From NCBI GenBank assembly GCA_964368535.1, contig CAYJBC010000002.1:3294-56755 (forward strand): a DNA stretch of 53,462 nucleotides, written 5' to 3'. Made by a program: the position numbers and the translations under genes. Source of the stretch: an uncultured Muribaculaceae bacterium. GTDB taxonomy: Bacteria; Bacillota_I; Bacilli_A; RF39; UBA660. Positions 1-8,693 of this stretch are shown here, piece by piece. Numbering within the stretch: the stretch's first letter is position 1; each line of letters begins with the position of its first letter. The notes under the pieces were generated by a model. That model had not been told where the DNA came from and made no database searches. It worked only from the letters and a program-made list of their open reading frames with translations.

Positions 1-872
1 CTAAAATAATAACTTGTTCCATAATCATCGGTAGTCGCAAACATACCACTTTCAATAACAGATCTATCTTTAGACATATTATTTGCGACAGTTGCAGTAT
101 AAACATCTGGAAGAGTTAAATAAGTTTCAGTTGAAACTGCTACTTTTGTGAAGTCACTTTGCGGGTAACTTTCTATTCTTTCTTTTCCTCCATTATGCTC
201 GAGGATTAGATTAGGAAGTGTATGAATAACACCTGTATCAAATACAAAGCTACCTGTAAATGATTTGTTATTATTATGAGACTGATCAATTGGTAAATCT
301 ACATAAGTAAGTGTAATATCCCACTCCTGCGTTGTACCATTAACTGAGTCATTTGATGATATTGGATGGTTTAATTTAATTGGAAAGAATCCTGTTATGT
401 TTGTTACATCAAAACCAGATTGACCATCAACTGTAACGTATTGTAGACTACTATTTTCAGCTGCCTCTGTAACCTCATTACCACTTGGATCTATTATTTT
501 AAGAAGTAATTCTGCTGTTTTTTCACCATCTGTTGTATATGTAAAAGTATTCGCACTTATATCTAAATATAAATCATAAGTTGATTCAATAGTTTGACTA
601 CCCGCTCCAGGCATTAATGTTGCACTTGGATGAGTAGTTCCACTTTGACCAGCTGCTGCACTTGAAAAAGTAAGTGTATCACCTGGAGTATACGTAAAAC
701 TTTCTATATTACCTACTGAAGCATTTATATCTGTTATTTGCGTTTCATCAAAACTCGCTGATAGATATGCATATGACACACCAAAAGTTATAAGTATTGC
801 TACTATAGCCATTGATGCAATTATCATATATTTCCTTTTATATAGTTTAATATTATACATTATATTTTTCAT
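1..872 (-). CDS. Partial (C-terminus beyond left edge) exported or membrane-anchored protein with TasA/camelysin-like N-terminal domain; paralogue of 878..2515
   Basis: Not in the ORF track because it runs off the window. Frame checked by hand: ATG at 872-870 and no in-frame stop down to position 3. Starts MKNIMYNIKLYKRKYMIIASMAIVAILITFGVSYAYLSASFDET (basic stretch, TM helix, SYAYLS motif resembling SipW-cognate signal peptides). Contains TQEWDITLTYVDLPIDQSHNNNKSFTGSFVFDT, colinear with TQIWTFQIMYIDLDSDQLENNNAEIIANIIFEVQ of the neighbour. Ends ...DDYGTSYYF, matching ...TTYFYRGAV there. Confidence 0.6.
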   Translation of the reverse strand, partial: MKNIMYNIKLYKRKYMIIASMAIVAILITFGVSYAYLSASFDETQITDINASVGNIESFTYTPGDTLTFSSAAAGQSGTTHPSATLMPGAGSQTIESTYDLYLDISANTFTYTTDGEKTAELLLKIIDPSGNEVTEAAENSSLQYVTVDGQSGFDVTNITGFFPIKLNHPISSNDSVNGTTQEWDITLTYVDLPIDQSHNNNKSFTGSFVFDTGVIHTLPNLILEHNGGKERIESYPQSDFTKVAVSTETYLTLPDVYTATVANNMSKDRSVIESGMFATTDDYGTSYYF

Positions 873-877
873 CTTTC

Positions 878-2515
878 TCACCCCGCTAACACGTATGGTT
901 CATTATAATAACCTGAACCTATTACGTATGCACTGCTTTTTATACTTATTACTGGTCTAACTACTAATGAATAATTTGAAGGACCATTCATTAATTTATT
1001 ATCTAAATCTGATAAAAATAAAGTGTTATTTGTTCCTCCTGTAGCGGCAGACATTGTATAAAATGCTCCATTACTAGAAATATAACTTTCTTTATTTGGC
1101 GCCTCAATTGTTAATCCTGCTGCTATAAGATCATATACTGTTGGTAATGCAACTGGGTACGTTAATGCTCCATTACCATTTACTATATCATCAACAGTAA
1201 ATGAATCATTTTTAGAACAATCGTAATTTATTGTTCCTTTGCTAACATATGAATCATGTCTAATAAAATTAGTTGGTCCATAAACTGTCATATCAGTTCC
1301 TATTCCATTACCTATTCCAGTAACTTGATTTACTGTATTACTATTTATAGTTCTATCTGCACAATATACTGTATCTGCTACATATTTATGATAATTGGTA
1401 CTAAGGATTGTTCCTTCATACCATGTATCTACTACTGTTTTAGTGTCACTATTTACACTAAAACCATCCCTAACACCTAGTGTATACATATATCCAGTAT
1501 ACTCCGCTACAGTTGTATTTGTTGAATATACACTTGATCCTACCCAGTTATCAGTTAATTTAACTATACTTTCCTCTTCTGTGGGAGCAAATGCTCCTGC
1601 ATATATTAATTTAACTGTGTTATCTGAATTAATACCTAATATTCTCCAGTATCTATCGGCAAAATATACCCAATTATTTTCAACTGCTCCTCTATAAAAA
1701 TATGTAGTTTCATTTGATGCTGTAGTTTCTGAATATAATCCAAAGTCATCGCTATAAAATTCTTGTTGTTCTTGTGATAGAGAATCATAAAACTCAGTAG
1801 ATGTTGCGGCTAGTCTTAAATTTGCTGGTCCTCTAGAATCAATAATAGATTCACCACCATTATCACTAATTATCTTCTCTGGAAAAGTGTTTGCTTCTTC
1901 TTGAACTTCAAATATAATATTGGCAATGATTTCAGCATTATTATTTTCTAGTTGATCACTATCTAAATCAATATACATAATCTGAAATGTCCATATCTGT
2001 GTTATATCTTTATCAGTTTGTGTAGTACTTATTTCTGTATCAATACTAATTGGTATTGTATAATCTAATGTAGTTATATCAAAACCCTCAGTACCATCCG
2101 CAGTCATTATATGTTCAAGTCCAGGTAAATCAGTTAATAGTTCTCCTTTTTCATTCATTACTTGTAATATTAATTCAGGTTTTTCTTCTTCTGTAGTATA
2201 TTTAAACGTATTATTTATTACTTCAAAATAAATATCATACTTTATAGTTGTTATATCATCAGTATCTAAAACAACTGCTGAACTAGTTTGTCCCACGGTT
2301 TTTAAAGTATTAAAAGATAATACTTCACCTGGTAGAAGTTGAAGTGAACCTAAATTTTTAGATGTAACTCTAAGTTCTGATTGCCCTACTTCATTAGGTC
2401 CAGGACCTAAAAAAGCCATTGTAACAAACAATGTTGATAAAATGATAATTGAAAAACCTATAATTACGAGAAATATCGATCTTTTTTTTGTCAATATTTT
2501 CTTTAATGAAGGCAT
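878..2515 (-). CDS. Exported or membrane-anchored protein: TasA-like N-terminal domain fused to a large C-terminal domain (YFYRGAVENNWVYFADRYWRILGIN ... VVRPVISIK motifs)
   Basis: 545-aa ORF with SD-like GAGGAT upstream. N-terminus is basic plus TM (IFLVIIGFSIIILSTLFVTMAFLG). The first ~200 aa end in the strand pattern shared by the fibre paralogues at 6219-12898. Its stop is 5 nt before the start of the 1..872 paralogue. Confidence 0.6.
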   Translation of the reverse strand: MPSLKKILTKKRSIFLVIIGFSIIILSTLFVTMAFLGPGPNEVGQSELRVTSKNLGSLQLLPGEVLSFNTLKTVGQTSSAVVLDTDDITTIKYDIYFEVINNTFKYTTEEEKPELILQVMNEKGELLTDLPGLEHIMTADGTEGFDITTLDYTIPISIDTEISTTQTDKDITQIWTFQIMYIDLDSDQLENNNAEIIANIIFEVQEEANTFPEKIISDNGGESIIDSRGPANLRLAATSTEFYDSLSQEQQEFYSDDFGLYSETTASNETTYFYRGAVENNWVYFADRYWRILGINSDNTVKLIYAGAFAPTEEESIVKLTDNWVGSSVYSTNTTVAEYTGYMYTLGVRDGFSVNSDTKTVVDTWYEGTILSTNYHKYVADTVYCADRTINSNTVNQVTGIGNGIGTDMTVYGPTNFIRHDSYVSKGTINYDCSKNDSFTVDDIVNGNGALTYPVALPTVYDLIAAGLTIEAPNKESYISSNGAFYTMSAATGGTNNTLFLSDLDNKLMNGPSNYSLVVRPVISIKSSAYVIGSGYYNEPYVLAG

Positions 2516-2585
2516 AAATTATATCCTCGTATCATAATAAAATTATACTTTAATTAAGTGCTTTTGTCAAACATTATAAATACAT

Positions 2586-2615
2586 AAAAAAAGAAAAACA
2601 ATAATTTGTTTTTCT
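2586..2615 (-). terminator. Intrinsic terminator after sufU
   Basis: Minus-strand RNA reads AGAAAAACAA-atta-TTGTTTTTCT (10-bp stem) followed by TTTTTTAT. Confidence 0.7.
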
Positions 2616-2640
2616 AATTTTTTTTGCTTTTACTATACTT

Positions 2641-3060
2641 TTATTTATTATTTATTGCTTTTTTTATTCCTTCATATGGCAGTAATGCACATTTTTTTCT
2701 TGAACCTTGCTTATATATTTCATCATAAACTATTGCTTCATTTAAAATATTTTTATCATATATTTTTTCATTTATCATTTTCTCAAAATTATCTATGTAC
2801 TCATTTGCTTCATTTATTGTTTTACCAATCAAATTTTTTATCATAATCGACGTTGATGATAAACTAACTGCACATGCTTCGCCATTAAATGCAATATCTT
2901 TTATAATATTTTCTTCTATTTTAATATATATATCTATATTATCAATACATGAAGATATACTTGTATTTACTTTTATATATGTTTCATCATTTATATCTTT
3001 TTTATTTACTGGATTATTTAAATAGTGAAGCATTATATCTCTTTTTTTATCTGCATTCAT
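2641..3060 (-). CDS. sufU: SufU/IscU-type Fe-S cluster scaffold or sulfur acceptor
   Basis: 139 aa with three Cys in the usual NifU_N contexts (SSCIDNIDIYI, GEACAVSLSS, KKCALLPYEG). Start overlaps the sufS stop (TAATG). Confidence 0.8.
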   Translation of the reverse strand: MNADKKRDIMLHYLNNPVNKKDINDETYIKVNTSISSCIDNIDIYIKIEENIIKDIAFNGEACAVSLSSTSIMIKNLIGKTINEANEYIDNFEKMINEKIYDKNILNEAIVYDEIYKQGSRKKCALLPYEGIKKAINNK

Positions 3061-4256
3061 TAAAACATCTCTTTTTCTATTTTATCTAAATCTTTTAAAA
3101 GATCTACTACAACATCTATTTCTGCTTCAGTATTATAAAATGCTAAACTAATACGTAATGTATTATTAACTTTAGTTGCATTACTAAGCATTTTTGCACA
3201 GTGATTACCCGCTCTTAAACATATATTATATTTATTTAAATAATAAGAAACATCTTGTGGAAATATTCCATCTATATTAAATGAAACAATACCAGAATCT
3301 GACTCTAAATTAATAATATCTATGTGAGAAATTTTTAAAAATTCATCTACTAAGTATCTTCTTAATGACTGCACTTTATTTTCTATATTATCTATACCTA
3401 TATTATCTAAATATTTAATTGCTTCACCAAAACCAATTACTCCAGCTATATTTGGTGTTCCAGCTTCTAATCTATGTGGTAATTCTTTGTAACTGATTTC
3501 ACTTAAATTATTAAATGAATCATTCATCCCTCCACCAAGTAATAATGGTTTTATATTATTAAGAAGTTCATATTTACCATATAATAAACCTACTCCAGTT
3601 GGTCCACACATTTTATGTGAAGATGCTACAAAAAAATCAACATCTAAATCTAATACATCTATTTTTTTATGAGGTATGCTTTGTGAACCATCTACTACTA
3701 CAAATATATCACGTTCATGTGCTATTTTACATATTTCTTTAATTGGTCTTAAATCTCCAATAACATTTGTAATATGAGCAAGTGATATAACTTTAGTATT
3801 TGGTGTTATAGCTTTTAAAACATTATCTATCGTAACGTGGTAATTATCATCAAGTTTTATATAATTTATCTTAGCACCTGTTTTATTTGAAATATCAAAC
3901 CAAGGAAGTACATTAGATGCATGTTCACCTTCTGTTAAAAGTATTTCGTCATTTTCTTCAAGTATATGAGAAAATAATCCATTTGTTATTAGATTAAGGC
4001 CTTCTGTTGCACCACTTGTAAAAATTATTTCACTTTCATCAGATGCATTAATAAAACTTTTAACTATACTTCTTACGTTTTCATATTCATTATCTACTTT
4101 AAATGATAAATCGTAGTCACCTCTGTGTACGCTTGCACAGTAATTTGTATAATAATCTGATACTTTATCTATTACGCATTTTGGTTTAAAACTCGTCGCA
4201 GCATTATCAAAATATATAATATCTTGATTAAGCATTGGAAAATCATCTCTATACAT
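3060..4256 (-). CDS. sufS: Cysteine desulfurase, class V aminotransferase (SufS/Csd type)
   Basis: 398 aa. PLP-lysine motif SSHKMCGPTGVGLLYG, active-site RAGNHCA and HITNVIG motifs. Confidence 0.9.
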   Translation of the reverse strand: MYRDDFPMLNQDIIYFDNAATSFKPKCVIDKVSDYYTNYCASVHRGDYDLSFKVDNEYENVRSIVKSFINASDESEIIFTSGATEGLNLITNGLFSHILEENDEILLTEGEHASNVLPWFDISNKTGAKINYIKLDDNYHVTIDNVLKAITPNTKVISLAHITNVIGDLRPIKEICKIAHERDIFVVVDGSQSIPHKKIDVLDLDVDFFVASSHKMCGPTGVGLLYGKYELLNNIKPLLLGGGMNDSFNNLSEISYKELPHRLEAGTPNIAGVIGFGEAIKYLDNIGIDNIENKVQSLRRYLVDEFLKISHIDIINLESDSGIVSFNIDGIFPQDVSYYLNKYNICLRAGNHCAKMLSNATKVNNTLRISLAFYNTEAEIDVVVDLLKDLDKIEKEMF

Positions 4257-4373
4257 AATACTTCCTTTCTATGGTATTAATAAAATACCTATTTTAATAT
4301 ATTCACATTTACTTTAGTATTGTAATAATAAATGCCCTTTTCTGAGTATATTGTAACATATTTATCATTTTTT

Positions 4374-4408
4374 TGAAAGAAAAAACTAATTAGTAATCTA
4401 ATTAGTTT
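4374..4408 (-). terminator. Intrinsic terminator closing the fibre operon
   Basis: Perfect 10-bp inverted repeat AAACTAATTA-N6-TAATTAGTTT overlapping the TAG stop at 4398-4400. On the minus RNA it is followed by TTTTCTTTC. Confidence 0.6.
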
Positions 4409-6053
4409 CTTTTTTTGTATTTCTTATTTTATCTGCTTCAATTATGAACCATAATTTTTCAACTGTTAAGCCACATTCTAAAATATGTGTAACTCTTAAA
4501 AATAATTTTACTTGTTCTAAAAGGTTGTCTATATTACCTAATCTTAAATTATCTTCAGTTAAGTTAATATTATTCATTCTGTATTTATCCACTATTACTT
4601 TAGATACATTATAATCATTAAATACTGGTACTGATGATATAACTACATTATTTGGATTACTACAAAAATCATCGAACTTACTAGCATATTCCATTAGTTC
4701 ATCATAATTTTCAGTATTAAATGTATTTTTTAAACCTTTTTTCTTAAAGTAATCATAACCATAATAAAGATTTAAGAAATCATCTAGTGTCACATATTCA
4801 TCTATTAATGATTTAGTTTTAGATAAAAAGTATAACGAATCAACATTTTTATATAAATCTAAAAGTTTGTTACATAAAGTGATTGAATCTGCTTGTAATT
4901 GTTTAAGCGGTTTTGAAGTATCAATTTTTTTGTCAGCAAATTTAAATGCTTTTTTTACATTAAATGATTCCTCTTCAGCTGGTTTAAATATAACAGCATT
5001 AATAGTTGATAGCTCTTCTTCTAAGTCGTCTATTTCATCTTCAATTTGTTCAACTGATTTTTCTAATTTAAATTCTTTTAACATTGATTTCGAATATTCT
5101 ACAAATGGCGTAAATTCATTATATAATTTGAATTCTCTTATTATGTGTTTTAATTTAGTCAAATCAGCATGTAATTTATCTTTTTTTGTCATATCTTTAG
5201 CAGATTCCCTATCTACTACTAATGTATTCATCGCAGTTGTAAATGCTTTACTAGTGTTAAAGAAGTCATTTATATCAACTTCACCTTTAATAGCCATATC
5301 AGTAATATCACTTATACTTTCTTTATTTAAAAGCATATATTCATAGTGTATTTTTCTAAGTTCTTTTACACATTCCTCATAAGAGTGAATATTATTTTTT
5401 CTCTTCATGTCATCTTGAATAGATACTACTTTTTCTTTGAATTTTGATTCATGTTTTTTTATTAATTTTCTAAAATTTAGTTGAATATGGTTTATTATAT
5501 TTGGGTTTACCCAATAACATCTTTCAAATATAGGCTCTACATTTATATATTTTTTATCACCTGATTGATAAGCTATAAAAAATTCAGACATATAATCATT
5601 TACATAACATGATACATCAAAATCAGCAGCAGTTAAATTAACACCTATAATTTCGAACTTCTTTATAAATTTTGAAATTACATCATTTACTGTCGGAAAA
5701 TCGAAATCCGCAAAGTTAGATATTTCATATAATAAATTATCAAATCCTAATTTTTCATAATATGTATTAATAGGTAATAGAATTTTTCTTAATTCTTGTA
5801 ATTCTTTTATCCTGTTAAGAAGTTTATCTACTTCTTCTTTAGAAGATACATTTTTGTCTGCTATATCGATGGATCTACTCTTGACTTCAATGTATTTTTT
5901 TACATTCATATTATAATCATTGTATTTTTTTTCAATTTCATTTATCTTTTCTAAAACATCTTTTACATTTGATTTAGTTTTCGTAGGCATAGATGAAATT
6001 ATTTCTTTTTTTAGTTCACTATCTTCAGTAATATAAGTTAAAAAATTATTCAT
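4398..6053 (-). CDS. Hypothetical cytoplasmic coiled-coil-rich protein, last gene of the fibre operon
   Basis: The track ORF starts at a TTG (6059). ATG at 6053-6051 sits 6 nt after GGAGG, so I prefer MNNFLTYITEDSELKK... No TM segment or signal peptide. Long K/E-rich helical stretches. I recognise no family. Confidence 0.6.
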   Translation of the reverse strand: MNNFLTYITEDSELKKEIISSMPTKTKSNVKDVLEKINEIEKKYNDYNMNVKKYIEVKSRSIDIADKNVSSKEEVDKLLNRIKELQELRKILLPINTYYEKLGFDNLLYEISNFADFDFPTVNDVISKFIKKFEIIGVNLTAADFDVSCYVNDYMSEFFIAYQSGDKKYINVEPIFERCYWVNPNIINHIQLNFRKLIKKHESKFKEKVVSIQDDMKRKNNIHSYEECVKELRKIHYEYMLLNKESISDITDMAIKGEVDINDFFNTSKAFTTAMNTLVVDRESAKDMTKKDKLHADLTKLKHIIREFKLYNEFTPFVEYSKSMLKEFKLEKSVEQIEDEIDDLEEELSTINAVIFKPAEEESFNVKKAFKFADKKIDTSKPLKQLQADSITLCNKLLDLYKNVDSLYFLSKTKSLIDEYVTLDDFLNLYYGYDYFKKKGLKNTFNTENYDELMEYASKFDDFCSNPNNVVISSVPVFNDYNVSKVIVDKYRMNNINLTEDNLRLGNIDNLLEQVKLFLRVTHILECGLTVEKLWFIIEADKIRNTKKETN

Positions 6054-6198
6054 TGCCAACCTCCAAATCTTTAGTTATTTTTTCTTTATTGTCTTTTAAA
6101 AATTCTAAAAATTCTTCTATTTTATAATTTAAATCTATCAACTCTTTATATGAAAGAATTGATAAATCAAAATTAGTTTTATTTTCCTTTTTATCCAT
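6046..6198 (-). CDS. Small 50-aa ORF (MDKKENKTNFDLSILSYKELIDLNYKIEEFLEFLKDNKEKITKDLEVGNE)
   Basis: Below the ORF-track size cut-off; translated by hand. GAGGGAG SD 7 nt upstream. Its last codons overlap the next gene start (AATGAATAA, 8-nt overlap), which suggests translational coupling. Confidence 0.45.
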   Translation of the reverse strand: MDKKENKTNFDLSILSYKELIDLNYKIEEFLEFLKDNKEKITKDLEVGNE

Positions 6199-6218
6199 AT
6201 TTTTCTCCCTCTTACTTC

Positions 6219-7262
6219 TTATAAACCATATCCCGCTAAATCTTTAAAGAAATTAAGCGTTACATTTACTAAGGCTCCTGTTGAATATACTTCTAAACTA
6301 TCAACATCTTGTCCTTCTATCCATATATATACTCTTATTTTAGTTATACCATGTGGTAACTCAAATAATCTATCATCTAAATCTGTTATTGTTTCTTGCT
6401 CTGCAAAGTATTCTGTATTCAGTGGTATATTACTATGCCCTGAGTCATGTTCTAGATACTTACCTTCATTTATGACTGCATATGTAGGAACATATTCTCC
6501 ATTTGTAATATCTATACCATATCTTTTTAATTTTCCTATTGAATAATCACTATGCTCCGTACTATTTGGTTCATATATAGTTGAAAAACATTCATTATTA
6601 CATTCTAGATTTTGCACAGTCTGTGCATCTGCATTTTTATCTGGGGTGAAACCTTGCCACGCTATACCGATTCTTATCGAATTAAACAATCCAGGAATTT
6701 CTTCTTCATAACCTTCATTTAAGTATACTCCAGTACCATCATAAAGATATAAATTATCACTGTATGGTGTGTTACTTATATTTTTTAAAAACACGTCAAA
6801 TGCTACGTATCTACTTCCTAAACTATTTTCTTCATCATAATATATTGTATCTAGGTATCTTCTTCCATTATCTTCTAAATAATCTAATCTAGAATTTTCA
6901 AAAAAAGTAAAATATTTATTATTCGCATCAATGATTCCATTTGATGAAACTGGAACTAAACCATTGTTAGACCATTTATTATTATGATCAGGGTATTCAT
7001 CAGTTATTCCGTATAATATGTTTTCTTCATTTACTATTATTTCACTACCATAATTTACACCATCAAGCGAAGCATATAAACCTGTTTCTCTATTAACTGT
7101 TAATTTAACAAAATCTACAGTAGCATCTATTGAAGATGAAAACCAGGCGTATGTAACTACTATTAAAATTAATCCGACACAAAAAGCAAAAATTAATAAT
7201 ACATTAAAATTTATTTTTCTCCTTTTTATGTCTAATTGTTTTTTGTTTTTTTTACTAGTCAT
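6219..7262 (-). CDS. TasA/camelysin-like fibre protein paralogue with SipW-cognate-type signal peptide
   Basis: 347 aa. N-terminus is K/R-rich plus TM, ending VVTYAWFSSS. Shares LDG..Y, GLVPVSSNG, YVAFDVFLKN, SIRIGIA and IYEPN blocks with 7364..8668 and 8694..10019. C-terminus ITKIRVYIWIEGQDVDS...GALVNVTLNFFKD. SD AGAGGGA. Confidence 0.65.
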   Translation of the reverse strand: MTSKKNKKQLDIKRRKINFNVLLIFAFCVGLILIVVTYAWFSSSIDATVDFVKLTVNRETGLYASLDGVNYGSEIIVNEENILYGITDEYPDHNNKWSNNGLVPVSSNGIIDANNKYFTFFENSRLDYLEDNGRRYLDTIYYDEENSLGSRYVAFDVFLKNISNTPYSDNLYLYDGTGVYLNEGYEEEIPGLFNSIRIGIAWQGFTPDKNADAQTVQNLECNNECFSTIYEPNSTEHSDYSIGKLKRYGIDITNGEYVPTYAVINEGKYLEHDSGHSNIPLNTEYFAEQETITDLDDRLFELPHGITKIRVYIWIEGQDVDSLEVYSTGALVNVTLNFFKDLAGYGL

Positions 7263-7287
7263 ATTTTTCCCTCTTAACTAAGATGAA

Positions 7288-7309
7288 GGAGTAACCATTA
7301 GGTTACCCC
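7288..7309 (-). promoter_or_regulatory. GC-rich intercistronic stem-loop between two fibre paralogues
   Basis: Minus RNA GGGGUAACC-uaau-GGUUACUCC (9 bp including one G-U). It is by far the most GC-rich hairpin in the locus. The following tract UUCAUCUU is a poor U-run, so this is more likely an attenuator or mRNA stability/processing element than a full terminator. Confidence 0.45.
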
Positions 7310-7363
7310 TTTTATCCTAATTTAATTTATTTACAAATTATTATTACATCAATAATTATTATA

Positions 7364-8668
7364 TTATGGTGTAAAGTCAGCTTCTGTAAATTTTTGTTTA
7401 GTAAATCCAAAGTTAACAAGTATTTGTGCTCCAGCAGCAGAAAGGTCCATATTATCTAGGTCATTTCCTTCTAGGTATACATATACTCTTACTTTAGTAA
7501 TACTATTTGGCGCTAAAGTCATAAATGCTGGACGATCATTACCTGCGATTAATTTTTCAGCATCAGTAAATGTATCAACATTTTCAACTAATGTTCCAGC
7601 AGCAACTGGATCAAAAGTATTGTGTCCATCATATATATCAAATCTAGCAGCAGAATTTATTGCTCCACTTACAGCCCATGTATCTAATTCTAGATTATCT
7701 GCAAAAGCAGTAAATCCTGGTTCAACATTTCCGTCTGTGAAATCTCCATCTGCTCCTGTATCTGGTGTAGATACATTACATTGAGTATCAGTGTAAACTG
7801 AATTTCCATCTACATCATCAGCAGATCTATTATCACAGTATGTATTAAACCAATTAATTGCGTTATCTTCATGATTTCTTTCATTTGGTTCATAGATTAC
7901 AGCATCTGTACAGATACCAGTAACTCCACCAGCAACAGTACCAGTAGCACCATTACAAGTGATTCCACCGATAAGTGTTCCATCTTCACTTGATCCATCT
8001 ACACGTCCAATTGGTGCGAATGCCACACGAACTGAATTTTCAATTCCTTGATCAGCAGCTCCAGTATAACCTAGGTCATTACCTTCAGCGTCAGTTGTTC
8101 CAGCAGCAGCTACGCTTACTCCTGAATCAGTTAATAAATAAATTTCTTCTTCATCAGCTAAATTATAATCTTCAATATATTGAGCTCCTGTGAAGTTTTT
8201 GATAAATAAGTCAAATGCAACGTATCCATCTACTTCAGTAGTAGTGTTAGCTAGTTGATCAGCAACTAATCTAAAACCACCACCAGTGTGTGTATAACTT
8301 CCTCTTTCGAAAAGTTCAAGTTTAGAAGTGGCAGGATTAACTGTACCTACAGTTGAAATAGGCATTAAACCATTTCCACCCCAACTATTTGTGTTCCCAT
8401 CATAAACTTGACTAGGTGTTGCAGCTGCATCATCATATGCAGTCCAAGTTCCTTCAGTTAAAGTAACTGTTTCACCCCAGCTAAGTCCATTTAATGATAT
8501 TAATAAGTTATCTGTTGAAGCAATTTCTACTTGGAACTCACTTACAGTAACTTCTTGTAAACCAATAAACCATGCATAAGTTGATACTATTAGTATAACT
8601 GCACTAAATCCAGCAAATATCAAGATATTTTGGATTTTTTTATTAGCTTTTTTATTATTTTTACTCAT
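7364..8668 (-). CDS. TasA/camelysin-like fibre protein paralogue (candidate major subunit)
   Basis: 434 aa. N-terminus ...ILIVSTYAWFIGLQEVTVSEFQVEIASTDNLLISLNG. Blocks VDGYVAFDLFIKNFTGAQYIE, GIENSVRVAFAP, GITC...TGIC, IYEPN, TFTDAEKL. C-terminus RPAFMTLAPNSITKVRVYVYLEGNDLDN...GAQILVNFGFTKQ. SD AGAGGAGA. Confidence 0.7.
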   Translation of the reverse strand: MSKNNKKANKKIQNILIFAGFSAVILIVSTYAWFIGLQEVTVSEFQVEIASTDNLLISLNGLSWGETVTLTEGTWTAYDDAAATPSQVYDGNTNSWGGNGLMPISTVGTVNPATSKLELFERGSYTHTGGGFRLVADQLANTTTEVDGYVAFDLFIKNFTGAQYIEDYNLADEEEIYLLTDSGVSVAAAGTTDAEGNDLGYTGAADQGIENSVRVAFAPIGRVDGSSEDGTLIGGITCNGATGTVAGGVTGICTDAVIYEPNERNHEDNAINWFNTYCDNRSADDVDGNSVYTDTQCNVSTPDTGADGDFTDGNVEPGFTAFADNLELDTWAVSGAINSAARFDIYDGHNTFDPVAAGTLVENVDTFTDAEKLIAGNDRPAFMTLAPNSITKVRVYVYLEGNDLDNMDLSAAGAQILVNFGFTKQKFTEADFTP

Positions 8669-8693
8669 ATTATTTCTCCTCTATATCTTTCTA

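Noticed and set aside
4257-4300. GGTATT-ttatt-AATACC hairpin just upstream of the sufS SD as a riboswitch
   Set aside because: It is only a 6-bp AT-rich stem with no recognisable riboswitch core. Such stems are expected by chance in this composition.
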